From NCBI GenBank assembly GCA_036172245.1, contig JAYWIR010000018.1, forward strand, positions 3,100,001 to 3,164,000: a stretch of DNA of 64,000 nucleotides, given 5' to 3'. Within the stretch, counting starts at the first letter, position 1. Each line of letters opens with the position of its first letter. This document shows positions 24,142 through 42,950 of this stretch, one piece after another. The notes beneath the pieces were generated by a model. The model did not search any database. It had not been told where the DNA came from and saw only the letters and a list, made by a program, of their open reading frames with translations. Made by a program: the position numbers and the translations under genes. The stretch is from Raillietiella orientalis. Its lineage: Eukaryota.

Positions 24142-27100
24142 AGCGATAGAAGCAAAGGAAGAAGACCGTACATAGAGAGGAGGAAAAAAGAACTTCCTCG
24201 TCCGCGCGGCGGCGGCGGGAGGGACGCCGTCGTGCCGCGTCCGGCCAGATTTTTGACGGGGGCGGTACTTTTGACGGGAAGGCGCTTTGATCCCGGGCTG
24301 CGCCCAAGCAACCGTGCGGTCGCGCAAGAACTCCGCGGCGCTCGCGTCTTCCCCTCTGCGCCAGCGTGTGCATTTTTTTAGTCCTGAATGATTTGGGTAG
24401 CGTCCGGCTCCTCACCGCTGCTGCTGCCGCCTGGTTCCGCGGACTACAAGCAGCCGGGCTCCTTCTGCCGTCGAAAGAGGTGGAGGGTGGGGGTTAATCC
24501 CCCGGAAAATACCGGTGACTGCTCGCATCCGAAACACCGGAAAGAAGGAGACGCAGCGGAGCTTCAGCGGAGGCGGTGGCAGCAGCAGAGAGATTTTCCA
24601 TTTGCTTGCAGCCGGGACGGAGGCGACCTCTTCCCTCTCTTCCCGTGTCCCCTCAGCCCGTTTCCGAGCAACGAGGCCACTCCGTCCATCTTCCTCTCCA
24701 GCTGGACCTGGAGTCCGGCTTCCGCCCTCTTCGCTCTGCAAGGGCAAGCCGTGCTCACGCGGGGGGAGGGCATCTCTGCGTCTTCGAACGCCTGCGTCTC
24801 ACCTTGGGTGTGACGTCACTCGCCATTCAGGTGGCATCTGCTCGTAACGTGCGCGCCACACGCACGCATTCATTGTACTCGTCGGTGCGCGGCGATTCAC
24901 GGGGAGGCTCCCCGCGTGCGGGAATTCGATCATGCGGGTGTGTCACCGGTTGACGGCGGGGCTCGCACGCGTGCACGACAGTGGCCCGCACCCCTCCTTC
25001 GCTCTTCCGGCCGCGCATCCCGCGCTCTTCTCCAAGCGCGTTCCCTCCCTCCGGTTCCCATGGTGATCTCTCGTAGCGGTGTAGCGGGGACCACGTCGGC
25101 GCCGGCGGCGACTCACCGCGCGGCTCCACCCACCAGCAGCTCTCTCCGAACCCAGCAGATCGAGGCGCGCGCGGAGGCGGAGGGAAGAAACCCCGGCGAA
25201 ATTTGCATCTTGCAAGATCGTCGGCACGATCGAGGTCTCCGCGCGTCTCGTGTGGGTCACTCGTGCCACGACCGCGTGCGGACGTACCTCCGGACGCGCC
25301 TCCGGCGCGTTTCCGTGGGCCACTAGGGAGGAAACCTCTGCTCGAAGACCTCCAGAAGCACAGCCTGGAAGTGCGCTGGACCGACCTCCTCGGCGCGGAA
25401 CTTCTGCAGGCCGCCACCCGCTCCAGGGCATTCGGACCCTCTCCTGGCAGCAGAGTTCCGCGAGCGGCCGTGCGAAGCCGCCCCGGAGTGTGGTGGAGTC
25501 CGACAATGAAGCAAGGGATGCAAAGGAAAGTCCACTGCGCACGCCTACCACCTCCTCCCTTCAGGGACGCCGCCTCGTGGAGGTCGTGCGCGCACCCTTT
25601 TGACCGCTGCCGCGCCTGAGCGACGGGCGGGGAGAGGATGCGGTCGCCTAGCAGCGAGTTCGAGTTCGGACGTGGACGTGGACCACGTGGAGGGAGGCGC
25701 CTGCTCTGTTCTCCCCTCCGAGACGCCATGCCGAGCGCACTCCCCTCTAGCGGTTCTGCTCGGAAGCCAGCCCGAAGAAAAGACAATCGAACAAATAAAG
25801 AAACCAGAAGATGGACGCAAATTTCCTTGTGACGCGGTGAAGTGCACCGCCTGACCGTGCACTTCGGATGTTCACGCGCGCGCTCAAAGGGCCGAGTGGC
25901 CCACGTCCTGGTAGCACCCGAAACGATGGTTCCGAGCTGCTTTGACGCGCGCTCCAGGAGACGCCATCCCGGCCTGTCCCTGAGGGAGGTTCCCGGCTCT
26001 GGCGAAGCCATGAGCCAGCCAGGGGTGGTCAAGACGTTCGCAGGTGCGGCGGGCAGGCTTTCCGGATCGTTCCCTGTCCAGGCGGGGAAGGGGGACTCGA
26101 ATGGAACCGCGGTGGAGGGTCGTTCCGGACGCGGACGCACGCTCGTGAGCCCCACCTTAACTTGTGGACTGTTCGTCTGCTCTTCCGCTGTTTGGATCGG
26201 CGGCGGAAGGAGAAGTCGCAGCCAGGGAAGGAAAAATGGACGGGATGGACGCTCGAGGGGGAGGGGGAGGAGGGACTAAGAAGACAAAAAGCAGCGCCGG
26301 TCACACACCGATGACCTCTGCGATCAGAAGACTGCAGTTGTGCGCGCGTTTTTTTCCTTCCCCCCCCCCCCCCCTCCTCTTGCTCTATCGAGCGCGCCCT
26401 CTCGTGCCACGTGTGGAGGGCACGAGGGGGCGCATGCGCCATCTGTCTCTCCTTTCGCTTCTCGAAACTCTCTCCACGGTGGAGGGTGGGAAGGCCTCTT
26501 CGCCCCACCACCGGTTCGCTCTTTCCTCCCACCATCCTCGCTGGCAGAGACCCAACCCGGATTCAGAAGGAAGGGGAAAGACGCTTGGTATGGCCCCGGA
26601 ACCCCCACTGGGTCCCTGGGAGCGAAAGAAAGCGATTCGTACTTGGTCGGCTCTTGGCTGAGAGGAAGCAGGCCAGTGGGAGAGTCTTTTTTGACCCCAT
26701 GGTTTCCTTGTGCAAATAACCCTATCCCTCCTTCCTTCCTTCCTTGTTTTCCTCATTCGCGGGGACTCCTCCATCTTCTTCCCCGAGCTTCGTCCTCCCG
26801 TCGCCGCCAACCGGTTTCGCTCCCTGCCTCTCTCTTTTGCTCTCCCTCCGGCGAGCCCGGCTGCGGCAGCTGTTCATCGCACTTGGCGGCTCGCCGCCCG
26901 AGAGAGCGCGATCTACTCTAGCGGTGCTGCTCGGAATCAAACGCGAGAACAATCGAATAAGTAAAGAAATAGATTGACGGGAATTTCCCTGCGCACCTTT
27001 GCTCCTGCCGATTCTCCCAAGCTTTTAAGGGAATCCGTCAAACCCGAGGGGAGCTTTTTCCCTCCTCTTTTCCCGGACGAGACGCGAGCAAGTCCCTCCC

Positions 27101-30100
27101 CCCCCCCCCCCCCCCGTGCGTGCGCGTGGATTCCCCGGAGCCACCCCATGGACGTTTCGACTCCGCCTTATGCCGAGCTGCTGCTGAAGGCGCTGCTCTC
27201 ACGCCGCAGCGGAAGGGAAGAGGGCACGGACGGCGGGAGACTGGAGCAAAAGAGGCGGCCCCCACCCGGCCACTGCCCTGATCCACGCGCCTAAGGCTCG
27301 AGCTCCTTCCCTTCCTCCATCGCAGCAGCGGGGCGGAGGTGCACCTTTCCCCCTGGGGTGCAGCCGCGTGGAGCCCGAGAAGGGAGACGCATCATGCGAA
27401 AGCGCTACCGCTGCCGTGCCCCCTTCCCGTGAAAAGAACGGGGGACGCTCCTTCTTCCGCCCTTTCTTCGCCTTCCCCCTCCCTTGCGTAATTTCGCCAC
27501 AGGACTTTGGCAGGGTGAGCCAACTCTCTTTCCTGCCCCACGTCTCCCCTCCACTCGTTCTGAGAGCTCGCAGCTGTCCTCCGTCCGCCCCCCTGTCCTC
27601 TCCTGGGTCGGCGACGCGGGAGGGAATTGGCACCCCTCCACTCAGGGGAACAAAAAGACGGAAAAAGAAAAGCCAACCAGATGGTTATCCGCAGAGTTCA
27701 TCGTCTCCCGCTCGTTTGCTGGCTTTCCCTATCTCCTCCTCTTCCTCCTCCATCCCTTCATCTTCCCCGCCGTTTGACATCCCATTCTTTGTCGCGTGGC
27801 TAAGTCCCGCAGGGTCTGGCAGTCACAGCAGCAATTCCGGGATGAGATTCCTTTTTTTTTTGCCCCCCCCCCCCCCGCGATTACGAGAGTGACGCCACAT
27901 CCTTCAGCTGCGAGCGGTCCGGGCGATTTTCCTCCCCTTCCCTGCTCAACGATGGGTGCGCGTCGTCATGATGTTCCGACGAGAGCCCTGCTAAGCTCGC
28001 AGAAGAAAAAAACAAAAAATCCCCTTCTTCCTTTACGCAGCACTTTTCCACTGGAGCGTTCCAGAAATTTTCTTCTGAGGAACGCTTGGGAGGAGGGCCG
28101 ACTGGAAGGAGGCGACGTCAGGGCGTGATGCGCGTCCACTCGCGGGCGCGTTTCGCGAGGAGGTTGGATCGCGGCCAGCGTGCGGGACGAAAGCCAAAAA
28201 GCAGAAACGAAAGTTAAAAAAGTCAGAAGGGGTCGGGGAGGAAAGGGAAAAGGATGTTTCCCCTCCCCCAAGCCCCTTTCGGGGGAACACGAGAGGAGCA
28301 GCCTCCGCCTCACATGAAGCACTGCTCTGCGGCGAGTGCAACGAAGTCGCACGAGGCGCGCAGTGCAGCCAAAAGCTGGACATATGTGCAAGAAACGAAG
28401 CAGAGAGGTCATACGCATACGCAAACAAGCGGCGGTGCGCAATCCGCGCAGGAAAGGATGGCGAACACCTTGTTTGGATGTCGCGACCGACAACACCAGC
28501 ATCCACCCTTAAGTGGGACCCGGTTTCTTCCAGCTGCTGTGTGATTCCCGGGTCCGTCACCCCGCGCCGGGATTGCCAGCAGCAGCAATGCCGTTTTTCT
28601 CCGCTGGGCGCGCGGAAAAGGAAAGAGGAAAAAAAAAAAAAAAACCGAATGAGAGCAAATCGATTTCAGTACGCCAGCAGACTCCGTTCCGATGCTTCTA
28701 AGCACGCCGATCATTGCTTCTTGTTTCAAAAGCCTTGCATGGCGGCGGAAAAGTTACGGCTTTTTCCTCGTTCCGATTCGGATCTTCTGATATGTTCCTC
28801 TCTGCTAGCAATTGGCTCAACAGGTCACAACCGCACCGCATCTTAATTACTGCCACATTCTTTTGCCTGTAGCTGTGCAGAATAACAGCACTAATAATGA
28901 CAATCCCAAGACAAAGGAGAAGCTTTCCTGTGAGAGCGGGAATGTTCCATGCATACGAGGAAGAAAAATGCAAGTTTCTTAGTATGCGTGTAAGCATGCC
29001 AGCAGATTATAGCACCCATCTCCGGAGTAACGTTATGTGGGTTGATGCATAGTGCTCAGAGTCGCGAAATAAACTTTTCAATTCCGACTCGGAAATTTCA
29101 TTTCCGCCCTACTGTTCGCCAAGTTCGATTTCATAATGACCATGTTAGGTTAAAAAAAAAAAACAAGGGGAAATTGCTTGCTTCGGAAAATCCAGTGTAA
29201 GTACGAATGCTTTGGAAGTTGGTAACCAATCAATACTGTTGAGGCAGCGACCAAAACTCCATTTGATGGAACTGCGCATTGATCAGAGGATGAAACAGAC
29301 AAAAACCTCCAGGAACCCAGAAGAGACATAAACTGCTCACGTCGGAAAACTGCTGTGAGCTTTCAGCAGTTTAAGCTGTCAGCTCGAGTTTCAGCACGGA
29401 GGTTTGCGCTTTAATGATCATGGTGAAACAACCATGGATTTTCAAGAGCATGCGAGACAGTTCGTTTTCTTTTTGACAGGATTTGGACTACACGTTCGTC
29501 AATGGATGAAATGTGAATCAACTGTGTTCAGGGGTACTCACTCGTTCGAGTTTTTTTTTTCTTTCTTTTTTCTTCGTAAACAAGGCTTTTCGGCGAGGGA
29601 TTTGAAATAGACATGGAAATTTTTGATTGTTTTTGCTGCACTTATTAGCAATGAATTGGCTGTTTCGGAGGATGCCTAATGAAAATGATCTTCAAGTATT
29701 TCATGGATTGAGATCTAGACTATTTAATGTAGCGTAAAGGAGGGTGATGAACGCCTTGCTTCCCTTTTCCATTATTTGCTTAAATCCATGCATGCAAACC
29801 AAGTGGAGTCTTTAATCATAAACCTTCCTAAGTTTACTACAGATTCCAAGCGTACATAGTACACCATTATCGAAATTGAAATATGCAGCAAAAAAGCTTC
29901 CCGAAAAAAATCGTGAAAAGACTGCTTAGTTCCAGCAATGTCGATAAGTGGGACTCTGCGTAGCAACCCACAAAGTGGTTCGGTAAACTGGAGTTGTGTT
30001 CTCACTGATCTTGAATACTGTCAACATTCCTCTCTATTTTAACTTCCAGCGGTACCCTGACTGACTGTTGTTTGATTAACTGATGACAATCTTTCGGTTG

Positions 30101-31046
30101 TCTTTCGCTCCCTATAATAGGATTGCTTACAGAGAGAACGCATTTGGTTCACGTCGTAAGGCAAAAACTAAAAGGGAAACTGCCCGGAGTTGTCACCACA
30201 CATGAGAACATTTCAAAACTGGCATACATAAAGTTTCCACATTAAAACTTGGCAGCATGGAAGGGGTGGCAAGCATGCAAAGTGCAACCTACAACTACGA
30301 AGTGAAAATAATGGAAAAAAAAAAAAAAAAACTGCATATTTTAATATGCACCTTTTTCCTTCTTGTTCTATGATACACACACATTCTTTGATGATTATTA
30401 TTATGATTTCTGTTTGTCTTAATTTTTCCCCATTAACGCTTTCATATACCAATCTGCCAATCACATATACAAGTTGGAACATGATTCTATTTGTAGTACT
30501 TACGGTTTCATTTCGGAGTTTATTAATTGTGTAACTACAAATTCACCACAAAAAGGCTAATCAACTACTTTGTTCACGCCTTCCTATACTCGCTAGGGGG
30601 ACAATAATTTTGACTAGCCACGATTTTCTTTAACGGGCTGGCTATAAAGAATTAATACACTACAATCAGAAAATACAATGTTTGGGCATCTGTTCCATAT
30701 CTACAACCTGAAAACTATATAAGCGGGATAAATACTATCCTTCCTCTAACAGGATACACTCGTATACACTTCACCCTTTCTGCATAAAATCGTTTCAGTT
30801 CATTTGCACTGAAGTGCTACACGCAGTTACCTAGACTCATGGTAACATCATGTGAATGAAAACAAAAAGGCGAAAGTTGCATCTCTGGATCAGAGTTTCG
30901 GAAAGGAAAGAATTTTGAGAAAACAACTGTGTACCAATAGCTTTGAATATATTTATTTGCTCTGATGCTTGTATCAAACCCCAAATCTCCAAGGCAACAC
31001 ATACATGTGATACATGGAATCACCCCAAATGGAAGACAGCATCCTC

Positions 31047-36660
<5,614 letters not shown>

Positions 36661-39619
36661 AACTCCATTTCAATTACCAGATAATCTTCTACGTTAAACT
36701 CATATAGATAATACTAAAAAATACTCTTCTCAAAGTATTTTCCGTAGTCATCTCATTTTTCATGATCATATTTTGAAAAATATTATTTACTATATAAGAT
36801 TCAAGTGATTTTCTTTGCCTAATAGTATTCATTAAAATATTTAAAGATTTTGAATTTAAAAATTCAAAATGCAACTAAAGCTGTACGTAAAGACAGAAAG
36901 CGGAAATTTGTAGAGTTTTAAAAAATGCATGCTAAGAAAAAAATACTTTGACTTTTGTATCTATTTTATTATTCGCGTATATTTTTCCAGTTGTCTATCA
37001 AACTTGCAAAGTAGTTTCCATGATACTTTACTCATGCTTGTTGAACTACAATTCTAGAACCGAAGGAATTAAATTTTAGGTATCAACCGAGCTTAAAGAC
37101 TTTATATAGAAATTTAGAATTCTCCGTATAAAAATTCAGGGATCATCGTTAGAAGTCAAGGAGTCTACAAAATAGATTTTGGAAATTTTCAATTTCGTTT
37201 AAAAATTAAGAATTTTAGGCGTGAATTTTCAATCTGAATATTATGTCTTAATTCACTAAATTGTTTGGTCATAATGTATTCAGTTCTAGAGCAGTAGTTC
37301 AGTTTGAAAATCGTATTATAATAAATGGCATAAAATGATAATTAATTTCCAATAAGTTCATTATTTACTTTATTTCAATCCGCATTATGTGCTTTTCATC
37401 ATTGTCATATATCATTTACTTTCAATTATCGTTTTTCAGTGCTGAGTTATTCTCCATTGTATGAAGATATGAATAGAGCTAATGCTCATCAGGTTACTTG
37501 ACTAGTCACTGCTGCAATTTATCTTTGCCTGAACAGTAATTTATGATAATTTTTGAAATTGGATCGAAAAGTTCCAGAGTCAACATTAGATGGGCATTTT
37601 CTTTTCCTAACCTTCTGGAGAAATTGCATTTGTTTAAAGCCCCGTTATTTATTCTGGATTTTGCTCTTTGTTTGTCTGTTTTTAAAGTACCCCACTCAAA
37701 AGTTTTACAGCTATAGGTATCATTTTTCCATTATGGATCCTTATTTCCCACTGTATCGGCTACCATAATATGTATGTATTACAAGTAAATAATTATTCGT
37801 GCATTGTTCTGTCGAAGCTTACAATACACATATTGGAAATCGTGACCAAAGGGATTTTATGGTACTCAGCGCGAACAGAAAGGAATCAATGAGCAGCATG
37901 AGAGCACTGGTGACAGCAACGTTTGTCGAAAGAGTAGATATTGTCATGTTTGTTTTGCCATGAATTCCAAATGGCTATCTGTGAGATGTAAATCTTTATA
38001 AGTCAACAAACACATCAGTACATACAATGCAAAGATATTAAATTTATTTCCTTGTTTTAATGCAAGTTGAAGAAATATTCTAAACATGTTCCGCATTTCA
38101 TCAAAGAAAACCTTAAGATTTCCTTTTTTTGAGAACTTGAACTTTAGCAAAATGGTAAACATACTTTTAAATGTATGAATTACTGCAAAAAATTTCATCC
38201 CCCTATTCAATCAGAAAAGCATGGCTTAAATCATGATTTTCAGTGGATAATAACTATATTAGAACTTCGAGAAGTGTAACACTGAGAAGTTTTTCACTCC
38301 TCCTCCACAGTTCATCAGTTAAATACAAAGTTATGTATTTTTGCTTCCTGGACATCAAGAATATACAAATGAGGAGAGAAGAGGAAAAAATGCCCTTGAA
38401 AAGTAACATAAGTTAGCAACGTAATCATGCCTACTGACACCGAATCCAGTGTACCTCACGTATCGTTCCTCATTCACTTTTTACGCTGGAGCACCTGATT
38501 CCAGCTTCTTGCTCTAACTCATCTGCTAGTGCAACGTTTTCTTCAACTACGAATTTTCCAAACAAGCACCGAATGCTTGAGAAAGGCAGAAATCCCGTCA
38601 AGAGCTAGCGACATCTCATGAGGATTGAATATACGGAACTCGGGACTGAAGTTCCACTTGGGTCGAGTTCAAAATCAATGGGTTTTTTTCTTTTGGGATT
38701 TGGCCACGCATGAAGCTACCTGTACCATGCAAATGAAGAGCAGGAGATCTAATGGTCTAAGCCATTTACGTTACTTGGATTCTCTTGGAGTGACTGCGGA
38801 ACGGCACCTGAGGCTCACCTCGTTAACCGGAGTCATGAAAGGGTGGTTTCGGATTGGTACTCGATGAGAGGATCGGGCGCAAGAATATTCCGGCTCTGAA
38901 TCTCGAATGGAGGGTACTTGGAAAGCGATGCGAGTGTCTCGGTGCCTTGCACGGAAGAGTGCCCTGCCAAAGCGCCGAACGCGGCTTTGGCAGGGAGCCG
39001 GAGAGGAACAAGAACGATTGCTGCATTCTCAAAGTATCTTCTATGGTGATGCCGTTTTCCGATAACTTTTCCGTTATCAGCAAACGGCATCACCATCGAA
39101 ATTTGTGGATGGCGCTTCTGGAGTCGCACCCCAATTCAGTCCTTCCGCCAGTGCTTTCCTCAGCCCGAACCGCGATCTGACATCTGTGGTTTTATGCAGA
39201 GTCATCGAAAAACCGAAATTTCAGGAGGTCTTTTTTTTTTTCCTCTTGAGTCCCCCTAATGGAATCTCCCCAGACGGGATGGACGCAATTTTTTTTCTTA
39301 TTAAGGTCACTTATGACCTCACGGGCAATCGTTACTATTGGCCTAGGATGATGGTAATTCTTTTGGGGTTCTTCAGTTTCTCTGCTTTCCTTCCAGCTGT
39401 GTGTGTGTGTTTTCTTTTTCGGGTTTTATTTTTTCTGGTTCTCAGGAAGTCCTGAAGAGACGTTCACTCCCATGAGAGGCCATTGGAAAGGCTCGACGAT
39501 GCCTCCACAAGGGGGCGAACGGTCACATAGCTTTAAAAAGCTTTGTGACCGTTCGCCCCTGTCCACGCCACCCGAAGGTGCGTGTAACTCAATTCGGGAG
39601 TAATTCCGTAGCAATCACT

Positions 39620-40230
39620 TTAATCAATCCAGGAAGGTTTCGGATGAAGGAGTCCATTCCTCTTTCGCTTGGTAGAGATCCCCCAAGGGAACTCTTCCTT
39701 ATTCTCTCCGGAGGGACCCCGGAGGGGAGCTATTCCTTGCTTCTTCTCAGGAGGGACTCCTGGTAAGGGAACTGCTCCCTGTTTCCTCCTCTGAAGAGAA
39801 CCCTGAAGGAAAGCTTTCCAATTTCTTTGGAGGGCGCTCTGCAAAGGTAGCAGCGCGCTTCTTCACGCTCTGGAAAGGCAACCCCCTAGGGGGCGTAAAC
39901 CATCTCCTTGGAATGCTATGAAGGATTTCCCCGAAGGAGGAGATTTAGCTCCATTTCCACAACTGAGGGAGAACCCCGAGGGTCAACTTCTAATCCTAGT
40001 CGGTCAGCGGGGCATCTGGTTTCCGACTTTCACCAGTGCTGCATCCGAATCCCGTGAGTCAACTGTAGTCACTTTCCTTGAGTAAGTGCGAGGGGTGTTC
40101 AGGAGGAAAGCGCACTCCCATTCTTCCTCCTTTATCCTCCACAGATCTTCTTCACGGAGGAGAAAGGACTTCACGCAGGGAGTTTCCTCCTGGCACGTAG
40201 TTTGGGGACGCAGCTCCCGATAAACCGAAA
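39620..40230 (-). repeat. Dispersed repeat family, copy A (inverted relative to B and C), with internal ~40-bp degenerate tandem array
   Basis: Shares blocks such as AAAGGTAGCAGCG..CT....TCTGGAAAGGCAAC....AGGGGGC and CAGATGCCCC..GAAGTTGACCCTC with 46.6-47.2 kb and 48.1-48.7 kb. Confidence 0.75.
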
Positions 40231-40699
40231 AGCGTCTTCTGAGCAGCGAGATGGTCTGGGACTCAACTGGTCCTCGTTTTCTCCAGCCATTAGCTCGTGG
40301 AGGGGCAAAGTGGGGGGAGAAAACGAAGGTCGCAGCAAAGGTACTGATTTTGGGGGAGGAGAAGATAAGGGTATCTCAAGGCACAGGATTCCTGAGGTAG
40401 TACGGTGAGTCTCAATGTGGTGTTCATCCGCTTGGCTCACTGCTCACTTATGAAGTTCAGGGAAAACAAAGAACGATGGTTGGCTTGCGCTGAAGGAGAT
40501 GGAAGCGAGAGCCGCCACGTGTGGCACGACGGAATGGGCGCGGTCATCATCTAAGAAGAGGCTTTCTCGTATCGAAGGCAGAATCTAGAAACCTGGCGTC
40601 TTTCATCGCCGCGTTCGTCGGGCTCCGTGCGTCGCTGCAGCCCCTTAGCTCTGAGGGGACGCAGTGGCCGCGGCAAAGGGGCAGCAAAATACCGGAAGG

Positions 40700-41700
40700 A
40701 AAGAGGGACACATGAGATGTAGGGCAGTGACTGTATTACTGCTTTACCGCAGCAGCCAGAGTCGTCTGTCTGCCGGGCCACTTGGGTGTAACGCGCAGAG
40801 CGAGGTCCCGCCGAAGGGAACCCGGAGGATGCGAGTTGCACGACACCAACCTCTGGAAGGAAGGCTGTTGAACTCGTCCTTCGCCACTCGTCCTCGGTTC
40901 TGCGGACACGTCCTTGGAAAGTCAGAGGGGTGGCAGAGTCGATACCGGATCGGGATTGTGACAGAAGAGAAGACTTCTCTTTCTATTTCAATCGATTCTT
41001 CGAACAACTGCAGTGCCACTACCTCTCGCAGAACGAAGCTCTCCCTCAGAGAGATCTTGAACGATCCTTACTAGGGTCCAGCATGAGAACATTCCTGCGC
41101 CTTTTACTCTACTGGTGGGATGAGAAGGAACTGGACTTTCCTGCCAAATTGCGGAGGGGTCACCAAGCCCATCAGCTGATACGCGAAGCCGCTCCCGAAG
41201 ACTTCGCTTAGGGCCCGCAGCGATAAGTCCCGTGTCCAGGAATTGCCCGCGGCGACATTGGGATGTTGGGCTCCCTTATGAATGCTGCCGACCTTCCGTC
41301 TTCTGGTACCACCTTCTCGCTGGTGCACTTGAACCTCCCACGAAACGGGGAACTGGTGACCACTACGTCTCAGAGGGGAAGAGTGCCCCAGGCGTGTCAC
41401 CCACTGCGGGATAATGGCAACTCTGCCGCACGCGCTCACTGAACACCGGAGGCTATGCCAGGGAGCAAGCACGTCGCTGTGGCACAAGATTGTCCCGGCC
41501 GGGTGTCTTCTTTCCAAGCCTGCTTTCCACTTTACCCACCCGGTGGCGTGGGACTTTTACCGTTTCTCAAAATGCCGCCTAGCCTCTCTGGTGTGTTCCC
41601 TCCTGTCTCAGATCCCGGTCCTCCTTGGAGCCTCCTGCGGAAACTTCGAGAGCGGACACGAGAGATCGCAGTCCTATTCCCCTCTTCCTAATTCCGCTCG
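40700..41700 (+). mobile_element. Highly degenerate LINE ORF2 C-terminal remnant
   Basis: Fragments resembling post-RT motifs across frames: RPWKVRGVAESIPD, FWYHLLAGAL and zinc-knuckle-like CPRRVTHCGIMATLPHALTEH. Confidence 0.3.
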
Positions 41701-42019
41701 GGTAACCCGCTGCGAGCGAGATCCAAGGAGATAAATCAGAAGGATTGAGGACAAGGACTAAGAGGAAAGAAACAAAGGGGAAGGGGATCGTGTAAAGGGG
41801 ACACTCGTCTCCCGAGTCGCGCGGTTGCCAGAAAGCGGGATGACGAGCGGTGTTCTCGCACGGGTGCTGGAGAGAGAGAGAGAAAGAGGGAGGGGAAAAG
41901 ATATTTTCACACACGCCATCCGAGGCACTCCTGTGAGTAGATCTCGTCCCTAACAATCCCTTCGAGTAGCGCCTTCTTTCCTCGTATTCCTCCTGTGATG
42001 CTTCCCTTCCTTTTCCACT

Positions 42020-42950
42020 TTTCCTTAGCTGGATTCCTCCACAGAGTCAAGATCAATAAGACGTACCCAGGTGCTGCTCCCTTGGACCCATTTTTTGCAT
42101 CGGAGCTCCAGCATATCTCTCACGCCCCTCTGGACGCGCCGCTCGCACCCGTCCCACCGCAAGCACGGTGGCACCGGCAGGCACGAACGGTCCGTCCCGG
42201 CACCGCCCGGGTTCAGAGGGACGGTCGTCCCAGAAACCGACGAGTCTCTGTGCATGCCCCTCCCCTCCGGAGGATTTTTAGCTTCCGTGGTTACCACCGA
42301 CCAGGTCCTCGTTTGGTTCTCCACAATGACATCTGATGGAAGATACAGACACAGGACGATGGAAGATCCTTCGCATTTCCTTAGTAAGGCCACTGTATTA
42401 GCACCTGGTCTTCGGAAGTGGATCGAGTCGATGCCTTTGGTGTACTCCACAAGAGGTGCTGGATGCTAGAACATGCCGTCTGAGCTGCTCCGCTAGGAGC
42501 CAACGGGTCTTCGGCTCTTTGGAGGCCTCGCTAATCTTGGAATCCTTCGGATTATTCTAGGGATCCCAAGTAGACTCTGTTTGCGACTTGTGCTGACGCC
42601 GGCAGTTCTCTGGAGGGGAAGGCCCTCGAAGTTCGCCCCCCTTTGGTAATCTTTAGTCTCAAGGAGCTACTGTTGAGTTCTCGAAAGGGCATTTGGCGCC
42701 CAAACATGATGACCGGTCCTTCCTCCTGGAGCACCAAGTCTGATCCAAGCTCGAGACCCATTTCAGCAGCTTTACTGCCGAAGTTCGTCTGCTCAAAGGC
42801 CAGCAGCCCTTGTGCTGCCCTGTAACTTCCCTCTTGATCAATTCTTTCCTTGATCACGTCCGAGCCTCTAATGGAGTGATTGAGGATGCGTTGCATACGC
42901 GGAGACCACACACTACAGACCAGTGGTACTCATCTATTTGTGAGAAACAA
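42020..42950 (-). mobile_element. Degenerate LTR-retrotransposon integrase core remnant
   Basis: VEYTKGIDSIHFRRPGANTVALL...LPSDVIVEN...DGCERRVQRGVRDML..W follows the rve pattern VDYxTKWxEAxxxxxxxAxTVA...PxxIxSDNG...NGxxERxNxxLKxML; catalytic residues have decayed. Confidence 0.4.

Noticed and set aside
1..28600. Many long ORFs in the GC-rich zone (e.g. 12618-13829, 17594-19186, 24827-26155)
   Set aside because: Low-complexity R/P/S/A/G translations with no domain motifs, expected where stop codons are rare. Only segments with splice signals and IQSEC motifs were kept.
30070..30110. Hammerhead ribozyme at CTGATGA-CAATC-tttc-GGTTG (also CTGA..GAAA at 53.4-53.5 kb and 63.5 kb)
   Set aside because: The required GAAA after stem II, or the CUGANGA core and closing stems, are missing.
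37800..38640. Additional gene upstream of the sorting nexin
   Set aside because: Only short frames with no recognisable motif or consistent splice chain.
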